Translations under genes and position numbers: made by a program
Shown here: positions 1 to 9,286 of the stretch, in pieces
How positions within the stretch are numbered: position 1 is the first letter of the stretch
Layout of the letters: each line of letters starts with the position of its first letter
The notes under the pieces: model-generated
Told to the model about the DNA's origin: nothing
Database searches by the model: none
Seen by the model: the letters and a program-made list of their open reading frames with translations, nothing else
Source of the DNA: an uncultured Gammaproteobacteria bacterium
GTDB taxonomy: Bacteria > Patescibacteriota > Microgenomatia > Levybacterales > UBA12049
Reading direction: 5' to 3'
DNA: 64,000 bases
NCBI GenBank assembly: GCA_964483115.1
Contig: CAYZZF010000001.1
Span: 19,907-83,906, forward strand

Positions 1-1389
1 ATTTCCGATTTTGGAATTACGGTATCACAGGCAAGCTGGATTGCTACCGCGTATATCATTGCAAATGCGATTTTTGTCCCAATTTTTGGAAAACTGGGGG
101 ATTTGACAGGAAGGAAACCATTATATCTTTTTGGGATTGTCGGATTTGTTGTTTCATCGATGTTGGCAGGACTCTCTTCAAACCTTCAGATGCTTATAAT
201 CTTTAGGATTTTACAGGCGATTACCGTTTCCATAGACTATCCTTTGGCACTTTCGATTATAGCTTTTACTTTTGAGGATAGAGGAAGAAGAGCACAGGCG
301 ATGGGGCTTTGGTCTGCAGTTTTCGGTGTTGCAGTAGTATTTGGCCCACTTATAGGAGGGCCTCTTATAGATAGTTTTTCTTGGAGGTCAATATTTTATA
401 TCAATGTTCCCTTAGGAGCACTGGCAACTTTTATGGCCTGGAGGTTTATTGAAGAGCCGGTACAAAAGATAAAAGGGATTAAAAATTTTGATGTGTGGGG
501 TTCGATACTTTTGGGATTAGCTCTGGGCGCATTGGTTTTAGTATTGGATCAAGGACAGAGTTGGGGATGGATAAGTTTCAATAGTATAATTTTCTATCTA
601 GTGACTGTCTTATCGTTAGTTCTTTTCGTCTTTATAGAAAAAAGACAGATTGAACCTATTGTAGACCTTAAATTTTTTAGAATCACCGAATTTACAGCGT
701 CTTTGATAGTCTCTTTCATAACTTTTATGGGCTTAATCGGAGGAATATTCCTTCTCCCTCTTTTCGTTCAGACTTATCTTGGGTACGATGTTACCAAATC
801 AGGATATTTATTCATACCGATGGCTATAGGAATGTTGATGTCTGCCCAGGTCGGCGCAAGACTTTCAGTCAGATTTCTACCAAGATACGTTGTAATGGTA
901 GGACTTTTATGGGCATCTTTCATACTTTATCTTTTTTCTAGCATAGACTTAACTTGGTCATTTGTTCATATAGCAATTCTATTATTCTTTTTCGCTGTGG
1001 GTCTTGGTTTTACTTTTGCGCCCTTAACAAATGCGGCCATATCAAGCGTCCCTATGCAAGAGGTAGGAGTAGCTTCTTCTATTCTTGCGTTGGCTCGAAA
1101 CATAGCTGGTGCATTCGGAATTGCTATCTTTGCCACAATTCTTACAAATAGCGCAAGTTCCGCAATAGTTAATGTACAAAAATATACTATTATTAATAAT
1201 TTTGACCCAAATATATTAAGACAAGCCGCATACCTTATGGTGATTAAGGCAAATTTAGTTTCTTTTAGTACAGTATTTTTTTATTCTATGATATTTACCT
1301 TAATAGGTGCTGGTGCTGCGTTTCTTCTTAGAGAACCAAGAAAAGATTACGAAGGCAAAATAGAATTTTCAAGCCAAGGAACAATGTAG
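1..1389 (+). CDS. MFS transporter, DHA2 (EmrB/QacA-like) efflux permease; 5' end lies outside the window
   Basis: The reading frame is open from base 1. It shows the MFS motif GKLGDLTGRKP followed by more than 10 hydrophobic helices. The ORF-track start at 103 is an internal Met. Confidence 0.75.
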   Translation: MSDFGITVSQASWIATAYIIANAIFVPIFGKLGDLTGRKPLYLFGIVGFVVSSMLAGLSSNLQMLIIFRILQAITVSIDYPLALSIIAFTFEDRGRRAQAMGLWSAVFGVAVVFGPLIGGPLIDSFSWRSIFYINVPLGALATFMAWRFIEEPVQKIKGIKNFDVWGSILLGLALGALVLVLDQGQSWGWISFNSIIFYLVTVLSLVLFVFIEKRQIEPIVDLKFFRITEFTASLIVSFITFMGLIGGIFLLPLFVQTYLGYDVTKSGYLFIPMAIGMLMSAQVGARLSVRFLPRYVVMVGLLWASFILYLFSSIDLTWSFVHIAILLFFFAVGLGFTFAPLTNAAISSVPMQEVGVASSILALARNIAGAFGIAIFATILTNSASSAIVNVQKYTIINNFDPNILRQAAYLMVIKANLVSFSTVFFYSMIFTLIGAGAAFLLREPRKDYEGKIEFSSQGTM

Positions 1390-1451
1390 TATAATTAAAG
1401 CCTGCATTTTCCATTATTCCAAGTATTTCGCTGATTATAAAGGTACTTACT

Positions 1452-2411
1452 ATGCATAAGGAACAAGAATCAAAAAAATCTAATAAAATTCTTAAAGTTA
1501 GTTCTTTAGGAGGTATTGTGCTAGCATTTAGCGCAATCATGTTCGGATCTACCGATAGAGAAGACAATAATGTATATCGTCCTTCAATCGTTATTACACC
1601 ATCAATTTCAGACTTAGACAAACCAAATGTAGAAGTTAGAAAGATGCCTACTCTGGATCCCCGTAATCTTTTAGGGCCGGATTCTTTGTTATCTCGTCCT
1701 CCAACTGAGTCTCCAGCCGAGATTCCCGCGGCGACCCCAACCGAAACCACTTCCTTGGAACTTAAATTAGATAGAATATCCAGTTTAATTTCTGATTTAT
1801 CAATAATTTTACCAAGAGCGGTAGAACCTTTAACCCCGGCTGAAGAACAAAATATTACGGATATTTTATCACGTTATTTTAACCTTAAGATTACCGCAGA
1901 ACTTGACGGGAAAAGATTAGACAGAAACTATGGTATTATTGGTAAAGAGCAACATCTTCCTCGTTACCCTGGAGACTCTATTGATACACATTTTGATAAT
2001 GAGGAAGATGTAAGACAATTCATGCAAGTTGATATGTCATCCAATCTGGGTGCATGGGGATATTTTGCTCCGTCCCGCGCACAAATGACCAAGCAGGATA
2101 GCGAGCGCGAAAAGTATTACATTGCAGTACAAACCTTTTTATCTCCCGGTTTTAATGAGCATGTTGCGGAATATTACAATTTTTTCAAATACAGAAAAAT
2201 ACTTGTTGTTAATCCCCAAAACGGGAAAGCTGTGGTTGCAGTAATTGGCGATTCCGGTCCTGCTACTTGGACAGGAAAACAGATTGGCGGTTCGCCGGAA
2301 GTTATGAGCTATTTGGAAAGATTGGATGGAGCGGAGCGCGGACCTGTTCTCTACTTTTTTGTTGATGATCCTCAGGACAAAGTGCCTCTAGGCCCAATTA
2401 CTACACAATAA
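1452..2411 (+). CDS. membrane-anchored/secreted protein with a Pro/Thr-rich linker and a C-terminal RlpA-like double-psi beta-barrel (lytic-transglycosylase/expansin-like) domain
   Basis: Has an N-terminal hydrophobic anchor and a PTESPAEIPAATPTETT linker. The C-terminus KILVVNPQNGKAVVAVIGDSGP...IGGSPEVMSYL matches the RlpA/DPBB core (V-N-x-NG-K-x-V-V-x-I-x-D-x-GP). There is an AAAGG Shine-Dalgarno 8 nt upstream of the ATG. Confidence 0.45.
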   Translation: MHKEQESKKSNKILKVSSLGGIVLAFSAIMFGSTDREDNNVYRPSIVITPSISDLDKPNVEVRKMPTLDPRNLLGPDSLLSRPPTESPAEIPAATPTETTSLELKLDRISSLISDLSIILPRAVEPLTPAEEQNITDILSRYFNLKITAELDGKRLDRNYGIIGKEQHLPRYPGDSIDTHFDNEEDVRQFMQVDMSSNLGAWGYFAPSRAQMTKQDSEREKYYIAVQTFLSPGFNEHVAEYYNFFKYRKILVVNPQNGKAVVAVIGDSGPATWTGKQIGGSPEVMSYLERLDGAERGPVLYFFVDDPQDKVPLGPITTQ

Positions 2412-2425
2412 CTATGAAGTTGTGA

Positions 2426-3370
2426 TTACTGTGCCTTTTGGAAAAAATCCCAGACCAGGTGGGTTAATTTATCCCCCAATTCATATCTGTCCGTATCATA
2501 CATATATATATCTTCTGCTTCATCAGATTGAGCCATAAAGCTAACAGCATATACTCCTTTTTCTGTAACAACTAAACCGGCATCAACTAAAATATTATCA
2601 AGCCAGCCGGGTTTATGGAAAACTTTTGCTTCATCTTCGAAATAAATTATTTTAACCGTGGGGAGTTGAGCATAGGAAAGAGCAAGTTCTGTAAACTCTT
2701 GAGAGAGAATTTCTCCTTGATAAAGTTTAATCCAAAATAAATTTAAGTCATTAGTTGTAGAATAGTTTTCTCCATAGCCCAAATAAGGATAGTCATCACT
2801 TCCGTCACTAAATCCATTATAAAAACCACTGTCCTGCATTCCCAACTGCGAAACAAAATTATGAAGTTTTTCAAGTCCAGTTTTCACGATTAACTCATCT
2901 GTTGCGGAATTGTCAGATTCTTCCATCATTTGTCTAATTAGAAAATCAATATTAGTGTCTAAAGCATAAAGTCCGACTTGCACATCTTTTAAAACTGAAG
3001 CAAGAACCAAGCTCTTAATTGCAGATGCCGGATAAAATTGTAAGTCCCCATTAATAGAAATTGATTCTTGACTATTCAGATCAGTAATAGAAATTGCCGC
3101 TGTTCCAGAAAACTGTTTAATCTCTTTTTGAAGATTATTTTTAAGTTCCTCCCATTCTCCGGTATTAAAGATTTCAAGTGGAGTAGATGAGGAGGACATT
3201 GGGTTTAACTCTGGAATTGACGTTGGAGTAACGATTGTAGGATAAGATACTCGTTTACTTTCTCTATCAGTACATCCAGATAAACCAGCAGTAGTTATCA
3301 GTACCAAGCTTCCTAAAAAAGAAGTAGTTTTAAATACTCTAGATTTTCTTGTTTCTTGCTCTTTAGACAT
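2426..3370 (-). CDS. class A beta-lactamase-fold serine hydrolase lipoprotein
   Basis: Signal peptide plus lipobox (LSGC). Carries the S-x-x-K motif (SAIKS), and the stretch MMEESDNSATDELIVKTGLEKLHNFVSQLGM aligns with the TEM SDN-loop region (MSDNTAANLLL...LTAFLHNMGD). A KPG triad stands in for KTG. Confidence 0.6.
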   Translation of the reverse strand: MSKEQETRKSRVFKTTSFLGSLVLITTAGLSGCTDRESKRVSYPTIVTPTSIPELNPMSSSSTPLEIFNTGEWEELKNNLQKEIKQFSGTAAISITDLNSQESISINGDLQFYPASAIKSLVLASVLKDVQVGLYALDTNIDFLIRQMMEESDNSATDELIVKTGLEKLHNFVSQLGMQDSGFYNGFSDGSDDYPYLGYGENYSTTNDLNLFWIKLYQGEILSQEFTELALSYAQLPTVKIIYFEDEAKVFHKPGWLDNILVDAGLVVTEKGVYAVSFMAQSDEAEDIYMYDTDRYELGDKLTHLVWDFFQKAQ

Positions 3371-3426
3371 ACAGATAATTTTATATGAGCTTTTCGTTAT
3401 CTTCCTTTAAACTTATAACTTTATAT

Positions 3427-4374
3427 TTATTTTATTCCTTCTCTCATTGTAATCATTTGCCAATTATTGGCATTTGCAGCTCCTATAATAGATGGAAGTG
3501 CAATTATATCATCAGGAATAGCATGTTGAAGAATAATGGTTCCTTGAAAAAAATTTTCAAATACGTTTCCAAGAATGTAGTTTATAGCGTCTTGATCAGT
3601 TCTTGGATATACTCGCCATCCGTTTGAATCTGAAGACCACATTGCAACCTTTAAACCTAGTTCCCCGCAAACTTTTAAAAGAAGAGGATTTTGATAGCCA
3701 AATATACCAGCACCGCCGGGTGGCCTTAAAAAGTACTGCCTGTAATCGCCCCCTACAGCTTCTTGTACAGCTTCTTGTTGTTTTAATATCTGATATCTTA
3801 TTTCATCTTCTGAAATATTTTCTAGCCATTCATGACTCCATGTATGATTTTCAATTGCATGCCCTTGCGCAACAGCTCTTTTATAGAGTTCTGGAGCAAA
3901 TCCTATAGTTCTACCGACTGGGTAGAATGTAAGATGTACATTATATTTTTGAGCAACATCAAGAGCTTGTTCTACTTGTGCGGGGTCCCAACCGTCATCA
4001 ATGGTAAGATATATTTGAGGTTTGTCTGCATTCCCTCTCCATACCACCTCTGCCGGTTTTGGTACTTCGATAGAAGCCGTGGGTTCGGGGGTAGGTTCTG
4101 GTATTGGTGTAGATTTAGGAGTAGAAGTTGATTCTGGAGTAGGTGATGGTTCTGGTGTTTTTGGCATAAGTTCCGAAATAGAAGTTGGTGTAGAAGCAAA
4201 AGGAGGTGCTTGATTACGACCTAGAAGTGGGTTAGGTGCATCTGGCTTTTCTGGCATGCCACAAGCGATTGTTATCAATCCTATACTTGTCGAGAGCGCA
4301 CCTTTTAAAATTTGTCGCCTAGAAAACTGCCGATTAAATATAAAGGTTTTTCGAATTTCTTTGTTGTTGCCCAT
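3427..4374 (-). CDS. polysaccharide deacetylase (CE4/NodB domain) lipoprotein with a Tat-type signal and a Pro/Thr linker
   Basis: NodB motifs TIDDG, HTWSH and LRPPGG. Leader contains SRRQILKG (twin-arginine motif) and ITIACG. Linker is TPEPSPTPESTSTPKSTPIPEPTPEPT. I chose the internal ATG at 4372-4374 because the longer ORF starts with TTG at 4416. Confidence 0.75.
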   Translation of the reverse strand: MGNNKEIRKTFIFNRQFSRRQILKGALSTSIGLITIACGMPEKPDAPNPLLGRNQAPPFASTPTSISELMPKTPEPSPTPESTSTPKSTPIPEPTPEPTASIEVPKPAEVVWRGNADKPQIYLTIDDGWDPAQVEQALDVAQKYNVHLTFYPVGRTIGFAPELYKRAVAQGHAIENHTWSHEWLENISEDEIRYQILKQQEAVQEAVGGDYRQYFLRPPGGAGIFGYQNPLLLKVCGELGLKVAMWSSDSNGWRVYPRTDQDAINYILGNVFENFFQGTIILQHAIPDDIIALPSIIGAANANNWQMITMREGIK

Positions 4375-4522
4375 ATTAGGGCAGCGTTTTATAGGATAAT
4401 AGATGGATACTATCAAATTACAGTCAATACGTCAAGGCCACAGCTTGACAAAGGTAATAGATCTATGATATTAAATTATTCAACTGTCTCAAAACTTCTA
4501 CGTTTCTGACTGCCCCAAAAAA

Positions 4523-5755
4523 ATGAAAAAAGAACGTAATTCTTCAGTTAAAAATTCTACTATTCCAGAAAACCTTTACAGGTCTAAGTTTTTAGAAGCT
4601 GTAAAGATTGTTTCCGACTCAAAAAATAAACTAGGTTTTATGCGCAAATTGGCAATTAGAGCCGCTATTTTGGCTCCAGCCTTTCTCTATGCTGCCTGTG
4701 CTGCAAGAGGCAATAACGATGAGGATTCTTTACCAAAATCATTCGCGAGTAATATCCCAAACGCAGCAAGTATTTTTGAGCCATCTCCTAGTCCAACTTT
4801 TGAAATCGTTTCTACACCAACTCCAACACCTGAATTAACTCTTGAGCCGACTCCACAACCAATCCCAAGTCCTACTCCTGAGCCAACGTTAGAGCCAACC
4901 CCAGAACCACCACAGGTTGATCTAAGTATTTGTCAACCCCAAGATACAAAGAAGGAAGGAACGCTCTATGTTACACCCAATATAGGTGTTAAAAAGAGAG
5001 TTTTTCCTTCTTTAGACTCGGTTTTTAATGGAGGAACTGCTTTAAATACAGAGCTTCTAATTGAATGTGAGAGAGATACCGATGGAGGGGTATGGTTTAG
5101 AGTTAATAGTTCTTACGGGGAATTTTGGATATCACAGCTTTATACAAGCAATGAACCGGTTTCAGTTCCGACACAGACGACATACACAGTACCACCAGAT
5201 AATTCCCGGTCGGAAATTAGACCAGGTGACGGCAACAAGATTATTCTGACATTTGATGATTCAGGGATGATGGAACAGATACTTGATATCTTAGACAGTT
5301 ACGGTGCCAAAGCCATTTTCTTCCCTACAGGTGACTATGCGAACAGTGTGCCCGATATTATACAGCGAGCCGAAAAAGAAGGCCATCTTGTCTGTAATCA
5401 CACAAAAGATCACGCAGATTTAACAACGCTTTCAGGTGAAGGAGTAAAGGAGGAAATTTTAGGTGGTGCTGGTGTGGGCGAATGTAATTTTCTTAGGCCT
5501 CCGTACGGGGCACACAATAATTTTGTTGATTCTATTGCAGAGAGTCTTGGTTATACAATTTTTATGTGGGATATAGATACAATGGATTGGGCAAGGCGCT
5601 ATCCCGGTGGTGATCAAGAGATTTTGAATATTGCATTATCCCAAGCTTATCCGGGTGCTGTCATATTGATGCACATGCACGTTCCTAATACAATAATTGC
5701 GCTTCCAGCAATACTTAAGGGATTAAAAGATGCTGGCTACGAATTACATTGGTAA
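4523..5755 (+). CDS. polysaccharide deacetylase (CE4/NodB domain) with a Pro/Thr linker and an SH3b-like middle domain
   Basis: NodB motifs LTFDDSG, HTKDHAD and LRPPYGA. Linker is TPTPTPELTLEPTPQPIPSPTPEPTLEPTPEPP. Hydrophobic leader ends in YAAC. An alternative start at the Met at 4640 (MRKLAIRAAIL) is possible. Confidence 0.75.
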   Translation: MKKERNSSVKNSTIPENLYRSKFLEAVKIVSDSKNKLGFMRKLAIRAAILAPAFLYAACAARGNNDEDSLPKSFASNIPNAASIFEPSPSPTFEIVSTPTPTPELTLEPTPQPIPSPTPEPTLEPTPEPPQVDLSICQPQDTKKEGTLYVTPNIGVKKRVFPSLDSVFNGGTALNTELLIECERDTDGGVWFRVNSSYGEFWISQLYTSNEPVSVPTQTTYTVPPDNSRSEIRPGDGNKIILTFDDSGMMEQILDILDSYGAKAIFFPTGDYANSVPDIIQRAEKEGHLVCNHTKDHADLTTLSGEGVKEEILGGAGVGECNFLRPPYGAHNNFVDSIAESLGYTIFMWDIDTMDWARRYPGGDQEILNIALSQAYPGAVILMHMHVPNTIIALPAILKGLKDAGYELHW

Positions 5756-5799
5756 GGTTGGTCTCCAAATTGTGTTGAGAATTTTTTTCTAGTATAATT

Positions 5800-6561
5800 T
5801 TGAATGTGGATAGAGTTTTTCTTTCTATTGTGGTCCCCTCTTATAATGAAATGGCAAATCTTCAAAAAGGAGTCTTAGATAAGGTTGCACATTTTTTAGA
5901 AAAACAAAAGTATCGGTATGAAGTTATTATTGTTGATGATGGGTCTACGGATGGAAGTGTGGAGTTTGTCGAAAACTTTATAAAAGATAACATAAACTTT
6001 AAAATTATTAAAGATAATCATCTTGGTAAAGCAGGAGCAGTGACTGATGGAGTACTTGAAGCAAGGGGTGAATATATACTTTTTGCCGATATGGATCAGG
6101 CAACCCCAATTGAGGAAATCGATAAACTCCTACCGCCTTTGAGAAACGGTTTTGATATTGCAATTGGTTCAAGACATTCCCAAAGGAAAGGTGCTCCCTG
6201 GACAAGACTTATTATGGCGAAAGGTATGATATTTCTCAGAACTTTGTTAATCGGCATTTCGGGAATTTCTGATACTCAATGTGGGTTTAAAATGTTTAGA
6301 CACGATATTGCAAAAAAACTTTTCGAGAAGATAAAAAATATTCATAAGGGTTTTAAAGAAATATCCGGATCTAATGTATCTGCAGGATTTGACATCGAGC
6401 TTTTGTATTTAGCACAGAAGCTAGGTTATAAGATTAAAGAGGTCTCCGTAAATTGGCTTTATGTTGAAACGCGAAGAGTAAATCCTGTAAGAGATTCGAT
6501 CGATGGTTTACTAGATCTTATTGGAATTAAGATTAATTCTATAAAAGGAATCTACAAATAG
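5800..6561 (+). CDS. GT2 polyprenyl-phosphate sugar synthase (DPM1/GtrB/CsbB-like)
   Basis: LSIVVPSYNE, IVDDGSTDGS, the DxD element ADMDQ and TQCGFKMFR, which are typical of dolichyl-phosphate mannose/glucose synthases. Confidence 0.75.
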   Translation: MNVDRVFLSIVVPSYNEMANLQKGVLDKVAHFLEKQKYRYEVIIVDDGSTDGSVEFVENFIKDNINFKIIKDNHLGKAGAVTDGVLEARGEYILFADMDQATPIEEIDKLLPPLRNGFDIAIGSRHSQRKGAPWTRLIMAKGMIFLRTLLIGISGISDTQCGFKMFRHDIAKKLFEKIKNIHKGFKEISGSNVSAGFDIELLYLAQKLGYKIKEVSVNWLYVETRRVNPVRDSIDGLLDLIGIKINSIKGIYK

Positions 6562-6562
6562 A

Positions 6563-7753
6563 ATGTCAAATCTCAAATCTCAAATCTCAAATCTCAAAAC
6601 TTTGGCATCTTTTTATTTGATAACAATTATTGCTTTATTCTTTTATTCTTTTACCCAAGTTGACTTAAATCTTACCTTGTCCAGGTGGTCTGTTTGGCAG
6701 GTAATTGAGAAATTTTTTCAGCATATAGGTTATTTTAACCGGCCACTCTCAACAAGTTTCTTTATTGCAATTATTGCATCGTTGTTTATCTTTTACATGA
6801 TATTTCTTTTCCTTTCTTACAAAAATAAGATTAGTGAAAAACAGGTATGGTATTTAATTATATTAACAGCTGTAATTTTATTATTTTCCTACAATGCATT
6901 TTCTTACGATTTATTCAACTATATCTTTGATGCAAAAATAATAACTTATTACCGTCAAAATCCGTATTTGCATCGTGCCCTTGATTTTCCTGCTGACCCG
7001 ATGCTTTCTTTTATGCGTTGGACGCATAGGTTTTATCCATACGGTCCGGTTTGGCTTGTCTTAACAGTTCCTCTATCGTTTGTTGGGTTTAATCACTTTC
7101 TTCCTACTTTTTTTCTTTTTAAGTTTCTCGGAGTCTTGAGTTTTCTAGGAACAGCCTTTTTTATAGGAAGGATTCTGCGCAAGATTTCTCCAGAAGATAA
7201 AATTTTTGGACTTATTCTTTTTGCATTTAACCCCCTAGTTATTATAGAAGGATTAGTATCGGCACATAATGATATGCCTATGATGTTTTTTGCCATATTG
7301 TCGCTATATCTCTTTTTAGAGAGGAAACATTTTTATTCATTTGTATCACTTCTTTTATCAATTGGGATTAAGTTTGCTACGGCATTTATAATTCCCGTTT
7401 ATGTTTATTTGCTTTTTAAGAGAAGACAAAAAGAGATCAACTGGAACAAAATCTTTATTTCGATAATTTTGCTTATGATTGTACCTATTATTATTGCAAC
7501 AATTAGGACCAATTTCCAACCATGGTATTTACTATATGTTCTGTCATTTACAGCTTTTATCAAAAAAAGTTTCTATGTGATTATTCCAGTTATCGTTTTA
7601 TCCTTTTTTTCTCTTTTAGAATATGTTCCTTTTCTATATCTTGGGAATTGGAATCCGCCGGTGCCGTTTATATTAAATTTGATTATGGTTATCTCAATTA
7701 TCGTCTCGATAGTTTTAATTATCGGCTGGAGATTTAGGCAAAAATATGCTTAA
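6563..7753 (+). CDS. polytopic membrane protein (about 10 TM), putative GT-C/DUF2029-like glycosyltransferase
   Basis: Hydrophobicity pattern. It is coupled 1 nt after the upstream DPM1-like gene. It begins with an in-frame (TCAAATC)x4 tract. Confidence 0.45.
   Translation: MSNLKSQISNLKTLASFYLITIIALFFYSFTQVDLNLTLSRWSVWQVIEKFFQHIGYFNRPLSTSFFIAIIASLFIFYMIFLFLSYKNKISEKQVWYLIILTAVILLFSYNAFSYDLFNYIFDAKIITYYRQNPYLHRALDFPADPMLSFMRWTHRFYPYGPVWLVLTVPLSFVGFNHFLPTFFLFKFLGVLSFLGTAFFIGRILRKISPEDKIFGLILFAFNPLVIIEGLVSAHNDMPMMFFAILSLYLFLERKHFYSFVSLLLSIGIKFATAFIIPVYVYLLFKRRQKEINWNKIFISIILLMIVPIIIATIRTNFQPWYLLYVLSFTAFIKKSFYVIIPVIVLSFFSLLEYVPFLYLGNWNPPVPFILNLIMVISIIVSIVLIIGWRFRQKYA
6566..6600 (+). repeat. (TCAAATC)x4 perfect plus one variant unit, in-frame immediately after the ATG of the CDS at 6563
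   Basis: Read directly: tcaaatc tcaaatc tcaaatc tcaaatc tcaaaac. Encodes SNLKSQISNLKT. Confidence 0.95.
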
Positions 7754-9278
7754 CTATTGGTATAATCTTTTTATGATAGTCAAAAAATACAGGTTTGAAA
7801 TTATTGCTGGTATCGCAATTTTTGTACTTTACTTTGTAACTCGCCTGTACAATATCATGTCTCTTCCAATTTTCACCGATGAGGCTATTTATACTCGATG
7901 GTCTCAGATTGCAAGATTTGATGCAAGCTGGCGATTTATTTCTTTGACAGACGGCAAACAGCCACTTTTTGTCTGGCTTAATATGACGGTGATGAGAATT
8001 ATTCGTGATCCTTTAATGGCAGGAAGAATAGTCTCGGTTTTTGCAGGATTTTTTACAATGCTCGGGCTTTTCTTTTTGGGCAATGAAATATTTAAAAATC
8101 GCTCCATAGGAATTTTATCTGCCACTGTCTATATTATTTTTCCGTTTGCTCTCGTTTACGACCGGATGGCACTTTATGACACTTTAGTGGGAACTTTTAC
8201 TGTCTGGAGCTTGTATTTTGAAATCCTTTTAATAAGGTATATTCGTCTTGATGTAGCATTAATTCTGGGAATAATACTGGGCGGCGGAGTTCTCACTAAG
8301 ACTTCAGGATTTTTTAATATCTATCTTGCTCCTTTTTTACTTCTTATTTTTGATTGGGGGAGCAAAAATAAATTAAAAAAATTAATAAAGTGGGCAGTAC
8401 TTATGGTCGTTGCTGTTATTCTTGCCTATGGATATTATTCTATTTTAAGACTCTCGCCTTTTTTCTACATCATAAATGAAAAAAATACAATTTTTATTTA
8501 TTCTTTTCGTGATTGGCTTTCTCACCCGTTTAATTTTTTCATAGGTAATATTAGAGGACTTTGGGATTGGTTTATAACATATATCACCTGGCCTTTTTTT
8601 ATTCTTATAATTTTATCTTTTTTCATTTCGCTAAAATTCACAAGAGAAAAAATTATTCTTGTAATTTGGTTTACTGTTCCTTTTGTCGCTCTTGCTCTTT
8701 TTGGAAGAGTCTTGTATCCCAGATTTATTCTTTTTATGACCTTGTCGCTCATTCCTCTTATAGCATTTTCCCTCACTGAAATATTTAAAATTTTGAAAAA
8801 TAAATATATATTGGTTGCACTTCTAATAGTCTTTTCTGTCCTGGCAATTCGGTCTGACTATCTAGTCCTCTCCGATTTTGCAAAAGCCCCGATTCCTCAG
8901 TCAGATCTTGGCCAGTATATAAATGATTGGCCCTCAGGGGGAGGAATAAGAGAGATAATTAATTATCTCTTGGATGAATCAAAAAAGGGTAAAATTTATG
9001 TTGCGTCACTTGGAACTTTTGGGTCTCTTCCCACATATTCCGTTGAAATTTATTTAGGAGATGATAAGAATATCGAAAAACGAGGAATATATCCTATTCC
9101 TGCAGAGATTCCTAAAGATTTAATTGAGAAGTCTAAAATAATGCCTACTTTTGTGCTTTTCTCAAATCAACATGAATTTGAAAAAGCTATTAAAAACTGG
9201 CCAATCTATCCTGTTATTGAGTACAAAAAAGGAATTAAAGATTCCTACTCAAGGCTATACAGGGTCCAATCAATCTAA
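7746..9278 (+). CDS. GT-C membrane glycosyltransferase, PMT/ArnT (GT39/GT83)-like
   Basis: Many TM helices. A TDEAIYTRWS loop-1 DE motif sits near the N-terminus. Confidence 0.55.
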   Translation: MLNYWYNLFMIVKKYRFEIIAGIAIFVLYFVTRLYNIMSLPIFTDEAIYTRWSQIARFDASWRFISLTDGKQPLFVWLNMTVMRIIRDPLMAGRIVSVFAGFFTMLGLFFLGNEIFKNRSIGILSATVYIIFPFALVYDRMALYDTLVGTFTVWSLYFEILLIRYIRLDVALILGIILGGGVLTKTSGFFNIYLAPFLLLIFDWGSKNKLKKLIKWAVLMVVAVILAYGYYSILRLSPFFYIINEKNTIFIYSFRDWLSHPFNFFIGNIRGLWDWFITYITWPFFILIILSFFISLKFTREKIILVIWFTVPFVALALFGRVLYPRFILFMTLSLIPLIAFSLTEIFKILKNKYILVALLIVFSVLAIRSDYLVLSDFAKAPIPQSDLGQYINDWPSGGGIREIINYLLDESKKGKIYVASLGTFGSLPTYSVEIYLGDDKNIEKRGIYPIPAEIPKDLIEKSKIMPTFVLFSNQHEFEKAIKNWPIYPVIEYKKGIKDSYSRLYRVQSI

Positions 9279-9286
9279 AATTTCAT

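Noticed and set aside
1328-1750. 140-aa minus-strand ORF overlapping the end of the MFS gene and the start of the gene at 1452
   Set aside because: It lies opposite two well-supported genes, is a low-complexity translation of the antisense strand, and has no start context.
3603-4213. Several 60-100-aa ORFs on both strands (3603, 3832, 3972, 4022) inside the CE4 gene at 3427
   Set aside because: They are produced by the low-complexity Pro/Thr-linker coding region (antisense reads as G/S/V-rich or Q/L-rich). The NodB motifs are only in the minus-strand frame.
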